A DNA stretch of 64,000 nt. Origin: Macrostomum lignano (taxonomy: Eukaryota). The stretch spans positions 93,725 to 157,724 of the forward strand of contig NIVC01002603.1 in NCBI GenBank assembly GCA_002269645.1, given 5' to 3'. Positions 55,302-64,000 of this stretch are shown in pieces; position 1 is the stretch's first letter, and the number at the start of each line of letters is the position of its first letter. Both the position numbers and the translations under genes were made by a program. Under the pieces are notes generated by a model. It saw only the letters and a program-made list of their open reading frames with translations. It was not told the origin of the DNA and made no database searches.

Positions 55302-57542
55302 TTGAACTTATCGAATTATCGTCTTTCTGACTGCGAAACCGAAATTTTAGGAATGGGGAAGAACTTTGTGCCAGCCCCAATTGTTATGGGGTCCAGCGTC
55401 CTTTCTGACTCCATCAAGGTTTTCAAGCAGAGAATAGTTCTTAACTCCCTGCTTCAGCGTCGCACGTGTGCTTTCACCCCGCGCATCCCTTATACTGGCC
55501 GAGCTTCGATCCCCAACATCAACTTGGACAAGTGGCGCTCTCACAGAGACCTTTTTGAAAGCCTTGACAGGATTAGAATTCCAAGAATCATACACAACAA
55601 GCCAAACCTTCAGGAGCAGCAGAGAATGGCACTGAAGACTCTTCGAGACAATAGCAGTATCGTCATTAAACCTGCCGACAAGGGCAGCAATATGGTCGTT
55701 TTGAATCGAACAGATTACATACTGGAAGCTAACAGGCAGCTCTCCAACAGGACCTTCTACCAACCCCTTGACACTGCAATGAGCGCCCAGACCAGTGCCA
55801 TTATCAAAGCCATTTTTCAAGATCTTAAAGAAGAAAAGATAATTACTAATCATCAATACTCGCAACTGATTCCGCCAACTATTCCAAGAGATCGAATTTT
55901 TTACCTTTTGCCAAAAATCCATAAGGATCCCGAAGAATGGCCTACTCCTGGAGTGCCTCCTGGGAGACCCATTGTCTCGGACTGCAGCTCGGAAAGCTAC
56001 ATGAGCGCCAAATTTATCGATCTCTTCCTACAGCCGATCGCTAAGGAACAAGACTCCTTCATCCGAGACACGGACCACTTTCAAGCGGCTATTAATGATT
56101 TGATTTTTGAAAAAGACGAAAATGTCTTTCTGGTTACAATGGATGTTGAATCCCTGTACACCAATATTCCCACTGATAAGGGGATGGACGCCATTAGAGA
56201 TGCCTTTCAAACATTTCCCCAAACCTCAAGGCCAGATAACCATCTTCTTGCGCTCCTGGACATTAACTTGAACAAAAATGATTTTGTTTTCAACGACACG
56301 CGCTACCTTCAAATCAAAGGCACAAGCATGGGAAAGGCCTTTGCGCCATCCTACGCCAACATATTTATGTCTGCCTGGGAATCCAAAGCTTTAGAAACTG
56401 CTCCGTTTACCCCTCGTTTCTTCAAGCGCTACATTGACGACATTTTTATGGTCTTCGTCGGCACTGAAGACGAACTAAAGGAGATGCACAAGCATCTGAA
56501 TGAGTTCGATTGCAACATCCGACTCACGATGCAATACAGCAAAGAGAAGGTTCACTTCCTGGACTGCTGTGTCAGTCTGACTGACGAAGGCAACAACAAG
56601 AGACTTTCGTGCTCAATCTACTTCAAACCCACCGATTCACGCCAGCTTTTAAATCCGGGGTCTTTTCACCCAAAGCACACTTTCAAAGGTATACTGAAAT
56701 CTCAGTTCCTCCGTTACGCTCGCCGTTGCACATTTAAAGAAGACTTCGATGAGGCCAGCAGCAGCTTAACAAGCATCCTGAAGAAACAAGGATATTCTGT
56801 CCGCTTAATCAGGGATTCTAAAAAATCTGCCCTCATCCAGCTGGGCCTCTACATTGATGGTCGGTGGGAGTTCGGCTTCCAGGATTGTGGCAATCTAAGC
56901 TGCCGTCCTTGCAGAGAGCACGGGCATTTTGGCCAAGTTTGTTTAGGGTCCAGCGCTACAAAAATGATTTACAAAATTTGTCAAAAAGTCCGCTGTGACT
57001 CCAGGAATGTGGTGTATGCCATTCTGTGCAAGACTTGCAATGACCGCTGTATCTACGTAGGTGAGACTGGAGGCGCTCTTAAAGTCAGACTTCAGGCTCA
57101 CCTGAGCGACATCAGACTGGCTAAGGACACCCCAATCTCCAGGCACTTTCGGTCACCAAACCACAGTATTCAGGACCTCCGCTTTATGGGTCTGTGGTAC
57201 CTCAGTACTGAGTGCCTGACCACTAAAGAGGGTGCTCAACGCAGGCGGAGGAATATGGAGCAGAAGCTCATCGCTTTACTACAGACCCAGACTCCAGCAG
57301 GCTTAAACACCGTCATCACTGAAAAAGACGCCTGCATCCCAATAGTGATCCCTTTCACGGACCACTCTGGGCGAATTGTTCATCAAATTCGCACGGCCAT
57401 TTCGAACCACGCTGCAGAGCTGGATACGGTGGCTGCCTATACTCGCTCACGCTCATTAAAGGACATTCTATGTCCATCCAATCTGCCCGCCGTAACTAAT
57501 GGTCAGGCCCGAAACTCAAACCTCTTTTCAGTTGAGCACTAG
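55302..57542 (+). CDS. PLE ORF2: reverse transcriptase + GIY-YIG endonuclease
   Basis: NLS...LGMGKNFVP, KPADKG, LPKIHK, PGRPIVS, TMDVESLYTNIP, GTSMGKAFAPSYAN, RYIDD, FLD, YFKPTD, SFHP; VVY...YVGET...R...H...E...GLN. No stops or frameshifts. Confidence 0.95.
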   Translation: MNLSNYRLSDCETEILGMGKNFVPAPIVMGSSVLSDSIKVFKQRIVLNSLLQRRTCAFTPRIPYTGRASIPNINLDKWRSHRDLFESLDRIRIPRIIHNKPNLQEQQRMALKTLRDNSSIVIKPADKGSNMVVLNRTDYILEANRQLSNRTFYQPLDTAMSAQTSAIIKAIFQDLKEEKIITNHQYSQLIPPTIPRDRIFYLLPKIHKDPEEWPTPGVPPGRPIVSDCSSESYMSAKFIDLFLQPIAKEQDSFIRDTDHFQAAINDLIFEKDENVFLVTMDVESLYTNIPTDKGMDAIRDAFQTFPQTSRPDNHLLALLDINLNKNDFVFNDTRYLQIKGTSMGKAFAPSYANIFMSAWESKALETAPFTPRFFKRYIDDIFMVFVGTEDELKEMHKHLNEFDCNIRLTMQYSKEKVHFLDCCVSLTDEGNNKRLSCSIYFKPTDSRQLLNPGSFHPKHTFKGILKSQFLRYARRCTFKEDFDEASSSLTSILKKQGYSVRLIRDSKKSALIQLGLYIDGRWEFGFQDCGNLSCRPCREHGHFGQVCLGSSATKMIYKICQKVRCDSRNVVYAILCKTCNDRCIYVGETGGALKVRLQAHLSDIRLAKDTPISRHFRSPNHSIQDLRFMGLWYLSTECLTTKEGAQRRRRNMEQKLIALLQTQTPAGLNTVITEKDACIPIVIPFTDHSGRIVHQIRTAISNHAAELDTVAAYTRSRSLKDILCPSNLPAVTNGQARNSNLFSVEH

Positions 57543-57679
57543 ATGTACAGATGTACACACGCGTTGCATCGTGCCCGCCAAACCATATTGATTATTTTAT
57601 TTTATTCGCGTCTTTCTATACTCACTATAAATATTTAACTCTGTTTTAATTTGCCCTTTTTTCACAGTTTTTTATTTAC

Positions 57680-57725
57680 AATATACCCTGACGAAGACCC
57701 TGTTTAGGTCGAAAATTCGGTTATT
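57680..57725 (+). ncRNA. Minimal type I hammerhead ribozyme (PLE 3' terminal repeat)
   Basis: CTGACGA-A-GACC[ctgttta]GGTC-GAA-AATT-C; stem I AATA(T)ACC/GGTTATT; palindromic AATT stem III; predicted cleavage after C57718. Confidence 0.8.
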
Positions 57726-57783
57726 TTCTTAGAATTAAAGAAATTGTGAATTTGCTTCAACTGTGTGCGTGGTTTCATTTCGC

Positions 57784-60375
<2,592 letters not shown>

Positions 60376-60525
60376 GCACAGCCAATATATTTGTTTTTAA
60401 ACCCGAATAAATAAACCCTGACGAAGGCCCAGTCTAGGCCGAAATATCGGTTTCTGAATATTCGACAACTAACGTTCTTCAATATTTCCGTGTGTGTGGT
60501 TTGCAGTTTGAAGCTGCCTTTTGCA
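60376..60525 (+). mobile_element. 150-bp 3'-terminal fragment (solo pLTR-like) of a related PLE family
   Basis: Contains a hammerhead and a GTGTGTGTGGTTT motif matching GTGTGCGTGGTTT near the end of the full element; otherwise divergent. Confidence 0.75.
60413..60453 (+). ncRNA. Minimal type I hammerhead ribozyme, second variant
   Basis: AAACC-CTGACGA-A-GGCC[cagtcta]GGCC-GAA-ATAT-C-GGTTT; stem I AAACC/GGTTT; palindromic ATAT; predicted cleavage after C60448. Confidence 0.85.

Positions 60526-64000
<3,475 letters not shown>

Larger units (their letters stand above)
53314..57785 (+). mobile_element. Penelope-like retroelement (Neptune-type), two ORFs, inserted in (TATC)n
   Basis: Unique sequence bounded by TATC on both sides; RT followed by GIY-YIG; Cys cluster CGNLSCRPC in the RT-endonuclease linker; hammerhead ribozyme in the 3' terminal region. 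Confidence 0.9.

Overview
Eukaryotic (metazoan) genomic DNA: GC-rich exons in AT-rich, satellite-laden introns. The style fits a free-living flatworm such as Macrostomum, but that is an inference and not shown by the sequence. Host genes reconstructed by hand from splice phases: CARM1/PRMT4 (+, 5' exon not found), two tandem AADAC/NCEH1-like lipases (+), PSMD9 (+), a CNBD2-like cyclic-nucleotide-binding protein (-), an ankyrin-repeat/Mab-21 (cGAS-like) fusion gene with four in-frame stops (-), and the first exon of an RGK-type small GTPase (+). Mobile DNA: a 4.8-kb decayed CACTA/EnSpm element with a nested hAT MITE, an internally deleted Crypton-like tyrosine-recombinase element, two related tRNA-derived SINEs, and a LINE RNase H remnant. 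The most notable element is an apparently intact two-ORF Penelope-like retroelement inside a >8-kb (TATC)n array. Its ORF1 ends in an SGNH-like domain and meets the RT/GIY-YIG ORF2 at a canonical A-AAA-AAC -1 slippery site. It carries a minimal hammerhead ribozyme at its 3' end. A second, sister-family hammerhead fragment lies further along the same array, and about 1.35 kb of array variant pattern is duplicated on both sides of the element. All calls are by eye; no searches were run.
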